This document shows positions 1 to 10,153 of a stretch of 64,000 bases of DNA, piece by piece. The stretch comes from a virus. The notes below the pieces were generated by a model that searched no databases, was not told where the DNA came from, and saw nothing but the letters and a program-made list of their open reading frames with translations. Made by a program: the position numbers and the translations under genes. The DNA lies in IMG/VR virus record IMGVR_UViG_3300045988_067909; one strand, given 5' to 3'. Within the stretch, counting starts at the first letter, position 1. Every line of letters starts with the position of its first letter.

Positions 1-31
1 AATAATTACCGTATCTAAGAGACAGAGAAAA

Positions 32-58
32 CCCTATATAGGCAATGCCTATATAGGG
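32..58 (+). terminator. Intrinsic terminator hairpin (CCCTATATAGG-caatg-CCTATATAGGG) followed by a T-rich tract; member of the TATAGGCAATGCCTATA hairpin family
   Basis: Perfect 11-bp stem, 5-nt loop, T-rich run at 62-75. Confidence 0.6.
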
Positions 59-607
59 AACTTTCTCTATTTTCTTAAGGATAATGATGGCTAGTGTTTG
101 ATATAATAATATTATTCTTTTTAAGCGGAGTTTACCCATCTATGAAGAACACTGTTAAAATCTACATAGATAGAATTTATACAAAATGTATGTACGTTTG
201 TTAACTATTAACCATATTCTAATTGAACCAGAATTAGCTGTAAGTTATTTGTAGCACTTAGCCATCATTAATGATTTGTTTGTCTAGTTTTTAAAAATAA
301 ATATTAAGACTGTATAGATCATTGATCTATACAGCTATAGGTGTACAGGTGGTGGATTTAACGTATTCGTAGTAGTGTGTTCTATTTTGTGTCTTTATTA
401 TATAAGAGAGAGATTTTATATTTAAAGTTATTTATTTTGGAGCGAAGTTTTCAAGCAAGTAGTATAATGCAATATACCACAGTCGTGAGAGATTTTAACC
501 ACCTGTACACCGATAGTTGTATATAATAGAGAATGCAGAATCTTAAGCCAACACAAACCTCTCTATTATAAAAGTGTTTATATATGCATAAAAATAAAAA
601 CAATATA

Positions 608-634
608 ACCCTAACTAGTATTACTAGTTAGGGT
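608..634 (-). terminator. Minus-strand intrinsic terminator (ACCCTAACTAGTA-t-TACTAGTTAGGGT) ending the leftward operon
   Basis: Perfect 13-bp stem; an A-run on the plus strand at 590-606 gives a T-run downstream on the minus strand; lies just downstream of the minus gene ending at 710. Confidence 0.55.
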
Positions 635-709
635 ATACTGTATGTGGATATTCTGTAAAGAAAGGATTTAAGAAGTGACATCTGCAAATACCACTTCATT
701 ATATTGTTC

Positions 710-1093
710 TTAGCATATTGATATAATATATTTATCATTCATAGTATAGATCTTATGAATGGTATTAATATTTTCGATAAGATAGTTGAACTCTTCTTCA
801 GTAAATCCCATATCTAATAACTCAGTTTTATTATTATGGTAGCATTTTGCAATATAACTTAAGATGTGCTCATCGGAAATATTATTTAGTTTAGGTATAG
901 AATAGGCATGGCAATAAGTAGACCCTTTGATGTCTTTCTTATCTACGCCTAGTCTATTAAATAATTTATCAATTCTTTCTTGAGACCAGAATTTAGATCG
1001 GTATAGCTTACCCATCAATTCTGATATAGAGAAGATATATGAGTTATCATATACCGTTCCGTTTTTGTATAAAACTGTATTATCAGAAGCCAC
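710..1093 (-). CDS. Hypothetical protein (127 aa)
   Basis: ORF in a tight array with the 123-aa ORF; no recognisable motif. Confidence 0.55.
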   Translation of the reverse strand: MASDNTVLYKNGTVYDNSYIFSISELMGKLYRSKFWSQERIDKLFNRLGVDKKDIKGSTYCHAYSIPKLNNISDEHILSYIAKCYHNNKTELLDMGFTEEEFNYLIENINTIHKIYTMNDKYIISIC

Positions 1094-1096
1094 TGA

Positions 1097-1468
1097 TTAG
1101 TCCTCCAAAATCTCCTTAGGATCATAGTAATCTGACCCTGTATTATCAGAAGTTTCGGATTCCTCAATAGTTACATTAAGATCAACTCCACGAGACTCCA
1201 TAATCTCTTTGATCTTTTTATTATCCCCAAATCCATTCTCTAATAGAGCATGGACTAGTTCTGTTGGTCCTTCTGGAGTGGAGAATACTACACCCTTGTT
1301 AGGAGTAAAGTCTCCATCAGTATTGACCATCCATTTACGGACCTCAAGTTTTGCAGGTCTATTATTCCATGATACTTCAGCTAAACGAATAAGAGTATTA
1401 CCTCGTTCTTCTACAATAACATCAATACCACCTTCAACAACTTCGAATGTGAGTTGTTTCTTTTCCAT
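1097..1468 (-). CDS. Hypothetical protein (123 aa)
   Basis: ORF with the SD GGAGACT upstream of the ATG on the minus strand (plus 1469-1490 region). Confidence 0.6.
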   Translation of the reverse strand: MEKKQLTFEVVEGGIDVIVEERGNTLIRLAEVSWNNRPAKLEVRKWMVNTDGDFTPNKGVVFSTPEGPTELVHALLENGFGDNKKIKEIMESRGVDLNVTIEESETSDNTGSDYYDPKEILED

Positions 1469-1674
1469 AGTTATAGTCTCCTCAAAGAAAAAATAAACCC
1501 TGCATTATTATATGAAATATGCGTTTTAGGTTGTCATTAATGGTTGCACACGGAAATGTGTATATCCTAAATTAATGCAGGGTTATTTTTTATATACAAC
1601 TATGGTAGGTTGATGATGAACGAAACAAGTGAACACATAGTTTACCTACCATAGTGTATTACATAATTAGATTA

Positions 1675-2511
1675 TTAGCGACGTGGTTTTACGAAGCGGT
1701 CGTTGCCAACAACTGTACCAACGTAACGGTTTTGAAGTTCGTTGATTTTGGATTGTTTAATACGACGTACTTCTAATACGTAGCCTACATCGTTACGACG
1801 GGATTGTGCACCCAATGTAACTTTGTATTGGTATTTGTCGCCATATACCAAAGACATAGCTTTTTCCAATGTCATACCACGAACGATCAAACTGATCTTA
1901 TTTGAATACTGATCGTATTCGTACGCAATATTAATTGTACGGAAGTCTTTGTTATGTTTGTCATCACGGTTATAATCAGAGATAGCAATCTTTTTCAAGA
2001 TAGTAATAGCCATGTCTGTCATACGGAAACCAGCGAAATCTTCGTCAATGTATCCATTAGATGTACGGCTATTACGCATGCTATTAGTCATAGCCATGAT
2101 GCGTTGAGTTTGCTCATCCAATTGATTATTGGCTTGAGCTTCTTTTAAAGTTTCTAATGCTCGGATACCGTCTTGACCAGCACCTAAGTTAATATCGAAA
2201 CCTAATTCGATATAGATACGGCCATTGCTGTATGCTTCACGGCAACCAGCAAAATCAGGAAAAATGCGACCAAGGATATCAGATACTTGGGAACAGATTT
2301 CATTAGTAGAAACTAATTTACCAGCATAGTCTGCATCGAAGTCAGCGAAATCCAATTGGATATCGACATCTTCATTCTGTACAGAATTGTCTTCGCTGTT
2401 TTTAGGATTACCTGCATTGATTGCATCCACTAAATATTCCATGGATGTAAACTGAGGTTGCATTAAATTTGGGTCTTGAACAAACCCTGGTTTGAAATAA
2501 CTCATAGTCAT
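1675..2511 (-). CDS. Hypothetical abundant protein (278 aa); codon usage typical of highly expressed (virion) genes
   Basis: Codon choice is rich in CGT/TTC/AAC/TCC, unlike its neighbours; strong SD (AGGAGGAAATG on the minus strand). Confidence 0.65.
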   Translation of the reverse strand: MTMSYFKPGFVQDPNLMQPQFTSMEYLVDAINAGNPKNSEDNSVQNEDVDIQLDFADFDADYAGKLVSTNEICSQVSDILGRIFPDFAGCREAYSNGRIYIELGFDINLGAGQDGIRALETLKEAQANNQLDEQTQRIMAMTNSMRNSRTSNGYIDEDFAGFRMTDMAITILKKIAISDYNRDDKHNKDFRTINIAYEYDQYSNKISLIVRGMTLEKAMSLVYGDKYQYKVTLGAQSRRNDVGYVLEVRRIKQSKINELQNRYVGTVVGNDRFVKPRR

Positions 2512-2626
2512 TTCCTCCTTGTTAATAAATATATAGAAAATTACCTAGGTGTTTGGGGCACTGTAATTGTCTACACAATACCCATGTACACACCTTTATA
2601 TTATATAACCATAAAACTCTTTGGCT

Positions 2627-3508
2627 TTATAGATATATTCCTTGGATTTCATTCTTGTCTATATACTTGACTATATAGAGTCTATCGTTCTTATCTTCTA
2701 CTAGCATATACTTACCTTTGATATTATACAGATTGACGTCATGATAATACTCAGTAACTATACAGTCTAAGAAGATAGCTCTAGCTACAGATTCAAGAAC
2801 GAAGATATCACCACGTGTTAACTGACCATGTGTAAGATATCTATCTTTAAACGATAGTTCAATTCGTTTAATTTTAAAGTTAGCTCTAAAGTAAGATTGG
2901 AAATTGATTCCTTCGAAGAATTTAGTTAGTCCTTCGATAGGTGTATCGCTATATGTAATACCAAAGCTTCTATCAACTAAGAGATCAAATATCTTCTCAG
3001 TAATAACTGTATTAGTTGCAATAAGTGGAATGATAGTACTATGGTTATCATTTACATATAAGTCTATAGTCATCTTAGAATGAAGCTCTTTAACATCACT
3101 CATTAGATTCATATAAGACATCTCATACTCTTCTACAGAGTTATTCTCTAATAAGGCTTTAGTACAACACTTACCAGGTTGTAAAGCCCCAGTTACAGAA
3201 TCTCTATAACCAACTCTACAGATATAGAATGGGTAACCATAAGATTCTCTTTCATTGTATATAGAAATAACTACGTCTTCTTGACCATTCTTCAATACAG
3301 CTATTTCTACATGTAACTTACAATGTGGATTAAGAGCCTTATACTCTTTATTAACTACATCTCTAGCTATACTCTTTCTACCAGTATTACCAATAATCTC
3401 AGTAACACCGTAAAAGTTTTTAGTATTAGTTGACGTTACTCTATAAAGTTCTTTAATATTTTCATTATCATCATATTTAAGAAACTTTTGTCCTAATGTC
3501 AGTATCAT
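2627..3508 (-). CDS. Hypothetical protein (293 aa)
   Basis: Long ORF with the SD GGGAGGT upstream. Confidence 0.6.
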   Translation of the reverse strand: MILTLGQKFLKYDDNENIKELYRVTSTNTKNFYGVTEIIGNTGRKSIARDVVNKEYKALNPHCKLHVEIAVLKNGQEDVVISIYNERESYGYPFYICRVGYRDSVTGALQPGKCCTKALLENNSVEEYEMSYMNLMSDVKELHSKMTIDLYVNDNHSTIIPLIATNTVITEKIFDLLVDRSFGITYSDTPIEGLTKFFEGINFQSYFRANFKIKRIELSFKDRYLTHGQLTRGDIFVLESVARAIFLDCIVTEYYHDVNLYNIKGKYMLVEDKNDRLYIVKYIDKNEIQGIYL

Positions 3509-3576
3509 AGTAAATTACCTCCCAAGCACAATATATGGTGGTACATATATAGTTATGTACCACCAATTATTATTTT

Positions 3577-5670
3577 TTATCTTAAGAATAGTACCGCTTT
3601 AAGATAGTCCAATGTATATTTCAACGTAGACCCTTTGATGCGAATGACTTTATCATTAAATTTAGTTGTGCTATAGTACTTAGTAAAGTTAAAGTTAGTT
3701 TCTTTATTAAGTATATACACCATACACTTAGTATAGTCATTCAAGATTCTAGCTCTTGTATCAATTAGCTTCTTATCTTTATGACCTTTGTTTAGCATAG
3801 ACTCAATACATATATTCATATACCATAGTTTAGCTGATTCGAATTTAACACCATCCATATTACCAGCTGTCATATAGATTACCAATAAACGATGTGTCTT
3901 AAAGAACTCATCATCAAAGTTAATCTTTTCTGGCTTAGTAATTAATAGATCACCATAGTTATTAAACTCTATAGGGATATCTTTAGCTTCATTAATAGCA
4001 GATTCACGTAAGATTCTATCAATCACTTTCTGTTTAGCTACAGATTGTAAACGTTTCTTATAAGCTATACTATCTGACGGTAAGAACTTGGTTGTTGGTA
4101 CACCTAAAGCTAATAGCTTCTCTGTAGCACTAGTAAGTTCTTCTTCACTTTCAGAAGTTCTCCATTGCTTAATGGTTTTATTAACCATAGTAAACCATTT
4201 ATTGAACGCTAAACGTTTACTACGATTAGAACTGATATCGATACCTTGCCAGATATCTTTATATGCATCTAGCCAAGCAAGCATATCTACACAATCAGTA
4301 TCAGTACTATGCTTCCTAGTGTATTCTTTTAGCTTACTTTCAATCTCTTCTGGTGTAAAGAATGGTACACCTGCTGGTAATACTGGATCTTGTATTTGAT
4401 TACCCCAAACATCTGTAGCTTCTATTAGAGTGATATCTTGATACTTAAGTTCCATTGTATTTAGAAGATGAGACTTCATAAAGTTATAGAACGTTTCATT
4501 AGTACAACCAACTAACTCTAATAGTTTCCAGTCAGACATTTGTTGTAATTGAATAGGCATACCCTTATATAAAGACCATAGTTCTTCTAAAGATACTATA
4601 GACTTACATAGGTTCATAATATAGATACCTGTATTTAAAGACCATTCTTTAGCAGAATGAAGTTCTCTACCCTTATTAGCAAGATTGATACCAAACATAT
4701 TTGCTCTATTAAGAATAGCACTATTCTTTAATTGTACTTCTTCATCACTGATGTCAGCTTCAGCATCTTCTTTGATAGATATATTGTCATATTTAATAGG
4801 CTGATTCAAGAACTGTTTCTTTAATTCTTCATATCTATCTGAATTGGTTTTACCAAATAGACGAATAGATACATCATCAGAGAAGCGTTGTTGGTCATTA
4901 GTTAAACCATAGAAAATATCCATCTGTGCATCTAATTCTTTCTCAGATTCTGGTGTAGCCAATACAAATGAATTAGGGTCACAGTTTAAGAATGCTTCTT
5001 TAGTATAGTTATCACAGTTGCTACATGGTGTATCAGATAATACATTATCAGTTAACAATACATCATTCAAATCAATAGCTGAATCAGTACGATTCATAGT
5101 CTTTACATTAATAGCAAAGTATCCATCATTATCTGTCATTACATCGATATCAGGATGATCTCTAACTATCTCTTTGGCTTTATTCTTTTCTAATTCACCT
5201 ATTAATGGCATATAGTCATCAGGTAACTTAGAGAAGTCTATCTCAGCCATTTCTGCTTCTTGCTCTAGAGTAGCAATAACAGAAGACATTTCAACCAATG
5301 CTTTATCTGGTTCAAATGTAATCTCTTCAAAGTCTTTATTGTATTTGATTTGGTCATGAGAGATTAGTTCCATACCAGTCAATTGTTCATAGAAGTTATT
5401 AGCTTCTAGTTTACGTTTATCTTCACCTTTGAAACGGTATAAGTTAAACTTACGGTCTTTTAAGAAATCTGATTTCTTATATTCTTTTGTACCATCAGAA
5501 GACTTTACTTTAATAGTATCATCTTCTAAGTCTTTGGTTAAACCATAACCCTCTACTGATTCATCACCAGTAAAAGAGTTACTGTAACCATATTGTACTA
5601 CGATTTGATCACTAGCATTAGCTGGTGGAACTCCACCAACGTTAGCAGTGAACTCTTTTAGATTAGACAT
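3577..5670 (-). CDS. Hypothetical protein (697 aa)
   Basis: Long ORF; its start overlaps the upstream stop (TAATG), so likely translationally coupled. Confidence 0.7.
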   Translation of the reverse strand: MSNLKEFTANVGGVPPANASDQIVVQYGYSNSFTGDESVEGYGLTKDLEDDTIKVKSSDGTKEYKKSDFLKDRKFNLYRFKGEDKRKLEANNFYEQLTGMELISHDQIKYNKDFEEITFEPDKALVEMSSVIATLEQEAEMAEIDFSKLPDDYMPLIGELEKNKAKEIVRDHPDIDVMTDNDGYFAINVKTMNRTDSAIDLNDVLLTDNVLSDTPCSNCDNYTKEAFLNCDPNSFVLATPESEKELDAQMDIFYGLTNDQQRFSDDVSIRLFGKTNSDRYEELKKQFLNQPIKYDNISIKEDAEADISDEEVQLKNSAILNRANMFGINLANKGRELHSAKEWSLNTGIYIMNLCKSIVSLEELWSLYKGMPIQLQQMSDWKLLELVGCTNETFYNFMKSHLLNTMELKYQDITLIEATDVWGNQIQDPVLPAGVPFFTPEEIESKLKEYTRKHSTDTDCVDMLAWLDAYKDIWQGIDISSNRSKRLAFNKWFTMVNKTIKQWRTSESEEELTSATEKLLALGVPTTKFLPSDSIAYKKRLQSVAKQKVIDRILRESAINEAKDIPIEFNNYGDLLITKPEKINFDDEFFKTHRLLVIYMTAGNMDGVKFESAKLWYMNICIESMLNKGHKDKKLIDTRARILNDYTKCMVYILNKETNFNFTKYYSTTKFNDKVIRIKGSTLKYTLDYLKAVLFLR

Positions 5671-6485
5671 TAATCTTCTCCTTTAAGTTCCTTGATGGCA
5701 TTCTCACACCATGAAGTGAATTCATTAATATTGAAAGTCTTAGTATTATCATTATCCTCTAACTTGAAACGTAGTTCCATGAATATAGCTAATAGCTGTG
5801 CAAAGTTATTATCAGTAAGACGAATATAGTTATACTTGTCTAGAGTGATAATATTAAACTCTTTGGCTTTTTGTTTAGCTCTATACTCAGGCATGCTTCT
5901 TGTGTTAGGATGATCACCTCCATCTTTGACTTCGATTATGAGGTTATATGGTATATAATATATATCCGTAATCCAATTTCGTGTAACACCATTTTGGTCT
6001 ACATATTGGATAGTTGGACCAGGCATCATAATATCATCACTAGGGATATGTAGAACTTTATCCATGAACTCAATAGCACGTTTCTCATATGTACCAGTAT
6101 AAGTAAACATAGTACCATCAGAATATTTGTAAGTACCAGATATACGTCTATTGGCTAACATCTTTTCTTGGTGCTCTGGATCATGCATGAATGTATATCT
6201 CCCATATACTTTATGCATATTCTCTAAAGCACGTTTACGCATTTCTTTCTTACACTTCTCACTACAATACTTATTATATCTCCAAGTCTTTTCATTCCAT
6301 TGTGTTTCATTCTTACAGATAACACAAGTTCCTTTAGACTTTTTATTAATTGTATTGAATACAATTCTAGCTGCAGAGTAACCCTCAGGGATTAGTTCTT
6401 GGTGTTTATTTTGTATATGTCTTACCAATGGTTCACGTTCTAGACGTTTCTCACAGAAAGGACATTTGAATCTTTTCGTTGCCAT
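5670..6485 (-). CDS. Zinc-finger protein with a possible PD-(D/E)xK-like nuclease core (271 aa)
   Basis: N-terminal FKCPFCEKRL...HIQNKH (C2H2-like) and CVICKNE...CSEKCKK Cys pairs; C-terminal D...IIEVKD motif. Confidence 0.6.
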   Translation of the reverse strand: MATKRFKCPFCEKRLEREPLVRHIQNKHQELIPEGYSAARIVFNTINKKSKGTCVICKNETQWNEKTWRYNKYCSEKCKKEMRKRALENMHKVYGRYTFMHDPEHQEKMLANRRISGTYKYSDGTMFTYTGTYEKRAIEFMDKVLHIPSDDIMMPGPTIQYVDQNGVTRNWITDIYYIPYNLIIEVKDGGDHPNTRSMPEYRAKQKAKEFNIITLDKYNYIRLTDNNFAQLLAIFMELRFKLEDNDNTKTFNINEFTSWCENAIKELKGED

Positions 6486-6582
6486 ATGTACCTCCTTTAG
6501 GGCAGTTTACATGTATGTTTTCACAGGGCTAACTTTATAATAAGATGCTTAAAGCTACCCAAATAAGCCGAAAGGAGGCATT

Positions 6583-6984
6583 ATGGATACTAATAAATAT
6601 AAGACATCATCTAAGATTAAAGAATATGCTTTATCGGTAGATTCATTTAATAAACCAACAGAATATACTAATGCTAGAGCTATAGCTGTAGATATTATTA
6701 GACTATTCTTATTAGAACCTGGTACATTACAAAACAATCCAGACTGTGGTATTGGTTTGTATAGTAGATATAAGTTTATAAATAGTGATAGACTACATGA
6801 ACTAGAAGATACTGCCAAGAATCAAATACAAACATATCTTGCTCCTATGTCTTCTATTACAGTAGACTGCTCATTTATCAACGTAAATGTATTACTTATT
6901 AGAATGACTATTGACACATCTTCTGTCAATCTAGTTTTTAATAAGGATAACCTTACTTTAAAAGATATTTCCAATTATAATTAA
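6583..6984 (+). CDS. Hypothetical protein (133 aa)
   Basis: SD AAAGGAGG 5 nt upstream of the ATG. Confidence 0.6.
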   Translation: MDTNKYKTSSKIKEYALSVDSFNKPTEYTNARAIAVDIIRLFLLEPGTLQNNPDCGIGLYSRYKFINSDRLHELEDTAKNQIQTYLAPMSSITVDCSFINVNVLLIRMTIDTSSVNLVFNKDNLTLKDISNYN

Positions 6985-6997
6985 GGAGGACTATTAG

Positions 6998-8752
6998 ATG
7001 GAAAAGAAAACTCTTTCCTTATCTGATTTGCAAGCTGAAGCTAATGTATCTGCAGAAGAAAATAATGCTGTAGAAACACCAGCTGAAGATACACCTGTAA
7101 CGCCACAACCTGTAGAAGAGGAAGCACCTAAAAGTATTCGTGATAATCCACTATACAACTTAGGCAATCCTACAGAAGATGCTATCAAAGAAGTAGCAAT
7201 CGAAGATGTAGCTAAGTATGAAAATGAAAACTTTGCTGAAAAAGAATACGAAAAGAAAATGAATGACTTCGATGAACAAACTCGTCGAGCATTCCAACGT
7301 CGTTTCGGTCCAGCTATCGAAGAAGTTCAACGTATGGCTGATGAATACGAAGAACGTAAAGAAATCGAAGGTGGAGATGTACGTGTAGTTTCTACTTATG
7401 ATAAGAATGCTGAAGTAAATCCTGATGAAGCTCTTACTAAAGAAGAAATCGAAGAACGTAATGCTATTGCTTTAGCAGAAGCACGTAAGAAATCTCCAGC
7501 TAAGAAAGTTGAAACTAAAACAGTAGAAACTCCGACTACAGTTAAAGAAGAAACTGTAGATGATATTGAAGCTGAACTATTAGACCAACCTACAGTACCA
7601 GAACAAACTGTAGTTGATCCAGAAGATGATGATAAAGAATTAGATATCATTGATGATGATATTATTAATGACTTAGGTCTAGCAGATGAAATGCGTGAAA
7701 TTGAAGAAAAAGAACGTGAAGAACGATTAAACAAACGTATGTCTACGTTCAAAGATCAATTACGTACTATGCTAGTTCCTAATAAAGCAAAAACTGATTT
7801 ATCTAAATTCAAGATTCTTAAATCTACTATGCCAGCAAGTAATATCTTAAGTAAACAAGCTGAAGAAACTCCATATTACACTTGGGTATTACCTTATACC
7901 GGTATTTCTGTATCTGTTTCTCCATTGTCCGCTATTGAAATCCAAAACTTAATTAATACAGAAGAAGGACGTAATAACGTTGAAGCTGCACGTGCTCAAT
8001 TCGAATTGATTTGGAAACACTTGCATCCTAAATGTAATGCTGGGTCTTTTGAAAACTGGTGTAAGAAAATTCACTATGCTGATATTGACCACTTATACTT
8101 CGCTGTATATAAAGCATGCTTCCAAAATGCTAATATCATTGGCTTCCAATGTCAAAATACTAAATGTGATAATATCTTTGCAGAAAAACGTGAAATCATG
8201 GAAATGGTTAAATTCGGTTCTGATAAAGATAAAGAGCTATTCGATAAGCTTTACCAAAAAGACCCATCTGTAGATTGCACTTTAGAAGAAGACTTAATGG
8301 AAGTCTCTGATAAATATGCTATTGGTGTAGGCCCTATCACATTATACAATATCCTATTTGAAATTAACTTCGTAGATAAAGCTATGACTGAAAAGTATGA
8401 TACTTTCGTTGGTATGGCCGCTACTATTAAATCCTTATATCGTATTGATGAAGAAAAAGAAGCATTGATTCCTATCGCTTTCCGTACAGATAAGAATGAT
8501 GTAGTTAAGACATACAAATATCGTATTGCTTCTCTATACAAAATCTTCAATACTTTAAGTGATATTGACTTAAACGATATCAGTGATCGTATTGGTGAGT
8601 ATGCTGATAGATATGCTGATTCCATTGATATTTCTTACCAAATGCCAGCGGCTACATGTCCTGAATGTGGTGATGAAATCCAAGCTGCTGAGGCTCCAGC
8701 TCAACAATTGGTTTTTATACGACATCGGCTAGTACAAGTTTTGAACTCCTAG
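6998..8752 (+). CDS. Hypothetical abundant protein with an acidic N-terminus and Cys-rich C-terminal half (584 aa)
   Basis: SD AAGGAGG; highly-expressed-type codon usage; CxxC pairs near the C-terminus (ATCPECGDE). Confidence 0.7.
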   Translation: MEKKTLSLSDLQAEANVSAEENNAVETPAEDTPVTPQPVEEEAPKSIRDNPLYNLGNPTEDAIKEVAIEDVAKYENENFAEKEYEKKMNDFDEQTRRAFQRRFGPAIEEVQRMADEYEERKEIEGGDVRVVSTYDKNAEVNPDEALTKEEIEERNAIALAEARKKSPAKKVETKTVETPTTVKEETVDDIEAELLDQPTVPEQTVVDPEDDDKELDIIDDDIINDLGLADEMREIEEKEREERLNKRMSTFKDQLRTMLVPNKAKTDLSKFKILKSTMPASNILSKQAEETPYYTWVLPYTGISVSVSPLSAIEIQNLINTEEGRNNVEAARAQFELIWKHLHPKCNAGSFENWCKKIHYADIDHLYFAVYKACFQNANIIGFQCQNTKCDNIFAEKREIMEMVKFGSDKDKELFDKLYQKDPSVDCTLEEDLMEVSDKYAIGVGPITLYNILFEINFVDKAMTEKYDTFVGMAATIKSLYRIDEEKEALIPIAFRTDKNDVVKTYKYRIASLYKIFNTLSDIDLNDISDRIGEYADRYADSIDISYQMPAATCPECGDEIQAAEAPAQQLVFIRHRLVQVLNS

Positions 8753-8799
8753 ACCAAGTCAATAGGCTATCTTATGAGTATCGTGGGCGAATAACTATC

Positions 8800-9072
8800 A
8801 TGGAGATTATGAATGCTCCTGTATGGTATATGGTAGCCCTACGATACTTTAAATACCAAGAACGTGTAACTGCTAAAAAGAAACAAAAAGAAGATGATAT
8901 TAAAGCCAAAGCTAAAAAGCAAAGCTTTAATAAGAATAAATACACTGGTAGACAGTTACTAGAGATGGATATAGCCAGAGAAAATGGTCACCATATCCCT
9001 GGTTTCGAAGGATTAACTAGAGACGAAGCTGATGATCTTAATGAACAAATGATGGAAGAAGGTCTCATCTAA
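8800..9072 (+). CDS. Small protein (90 aa) immediately upstream of and overlapping the radical SAM gene
   Basis: Its stop overlaps the start of the next gene (TAATG); basic, K-rich middle and acidic C-terminus; weak SD, so uncertain. Confidence 0.4.
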   Translation: MEIMNAPVWYMVALRYFKYQERVTAKKKQKEDDIKAKAKKQSFNKNKYTGRQLLEMDIARENGHHIPGFEGLTRDEADDLNEQMMEEGLI

Positions 9073-10136
9073 TGTATACTATACCTAAGAAAGCAATTAA
9101 TACTTTAGATGATTTTACTCTATCAAACTTAGAATTGATTCTAAATAAAGACTGTAATATGGCTTGTAGTTATTGCTTCTTATATGGTGATACAAATAGT
9201 GGTGAAAGATTCTCCAGATGGGATGACTTATTAGAGATGCTTAAGAATATAAATATATCTGAAACATTATCTGTTGGGCTAGACTCTGGAGAATTATTTA
9301 CCCCTGATAGATTACCATTAGTTATGAAAGCTATGAGAGTCTTAAAAAAAATTACTAGGTATAAAAACACTACAATAGATTGGTGTACTTATAGTAATGG
9401 TACTAACTTCGAGCCTATAAGAGATTTCTTAATAGCAACTCAGGGTGAGAATAGAACCATTAGTGTATCATATGATGGCGAAGATTCATATAGAAGACTT
9501 AAGAACAATAAACCATCTAATACATTAGACACTCTTAAGAGATTAAGTGAATCTGGATTTGCTAATGATATCATTATCAGATATGCTATTACAGAGAAAG
9601 TGTATAATATGAAAGAGACTTTCGATGCTCTATACAAATTAGGATATAAGAATATTGAATACTATTTTATACGTAATTATAATTCTTATACCATTCCACT
9701 AGTTGTGGATACTTTTAGAAAGAGTCTTACTGATACACTTAACTATGTAAAAGATACTGATATTGATTTGTATAATCTACATGATTACTATAGCAATCAA
9801 AATCCAACCGTTATTTGTAACTATGGTAATATGCTCACTATAACACCTAACGGTAAAATGAGTACTTGCTGTGCAGTCTATGAGGGTATCTATGCTGATA
9901 ATGTAGAAGCTGATCTATTAGAGTATAATCGTATACCTGAACTATATAACTCTTTCGAAGCTAACTATATCTATGATAGGTCTAAAAGTGAATGTGCAGT
10001 ATGTACAAATCAAATGTGTAAAGAATGCTGTTCATATAAAGCTATTGGAAGAGATAAATATTATAATAAGAGACACCATCAACAGTGTCATATTAGGCAT
10101 GCTGAACTAGCTGTCTATGATTCTATTTTTAATTGA
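9072..10136 (+). CDS. Radical SAM enzyme with a C-terminal SPASM/twitch-like cysteine cluster (354 aa)
   Basis: CNMACSYC (CxxxCxxC) at aa 29-36; SGELF (GGE-like SAM motif); SVSYDG; C-terminal STCC...ECAVCTNQMCKECC cluster. Confidence 0.75.
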   Translation: MYTIPKKAINTLDDFTLSNLELILNKDCNMACSYCFLYGDTNSGERFSRWDDLLEMLKNINISETLSVGLDSGELFTPDRLPLVMKAMRVLKKITRYKNTTIDWCTYSNGTNFEPIRDFLIATQGENRTISVSYDGEDSYRRLKNNKPSNTLDTLKRLSESGFANDIIIRYAITEKVYNMKETFDALYKLGYKNIEYYFIRNYNSYTIPLVVDTFRKSLTDTLNYVKDTDIDLYNLHDYYSNQNPTVICNYGNMLTITPNGKMSTCCAVYEGIYADNVEADLLEYNRIPELYNSFEANYIYDRSKSECAVCTNQMCKECCSYKAIGRDKYYNKRHHQQCHIRHAELAVYDSIFN

Positions 10137-10153
10137 TATTTTCGGAGACATAA

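Noticed and set aside
6400-6582. Sigma70-like promoter upstream of 6583 (TTCACA ... TATAAT at about 6515-6552)
   Set aside because: The spacer between the -35-like and -10-like elements is only ~10 nt, and other upstream regions do not share a clear consensus. Promoter calls are not reliable without knowing which RNAP transcribes these genes.
7396-7752. Antisense ORFs (e.g. 7396-7752, 8251-8625, 11299-11580, 23589-23846, 24624-24926, 27385-28911 cluster, 51922-52254, 54328-54702)
   Set aside because: They are fully embedded opposite long, well-supported genes, have low-complexity S/I/L-rich composition and lack RBSs.
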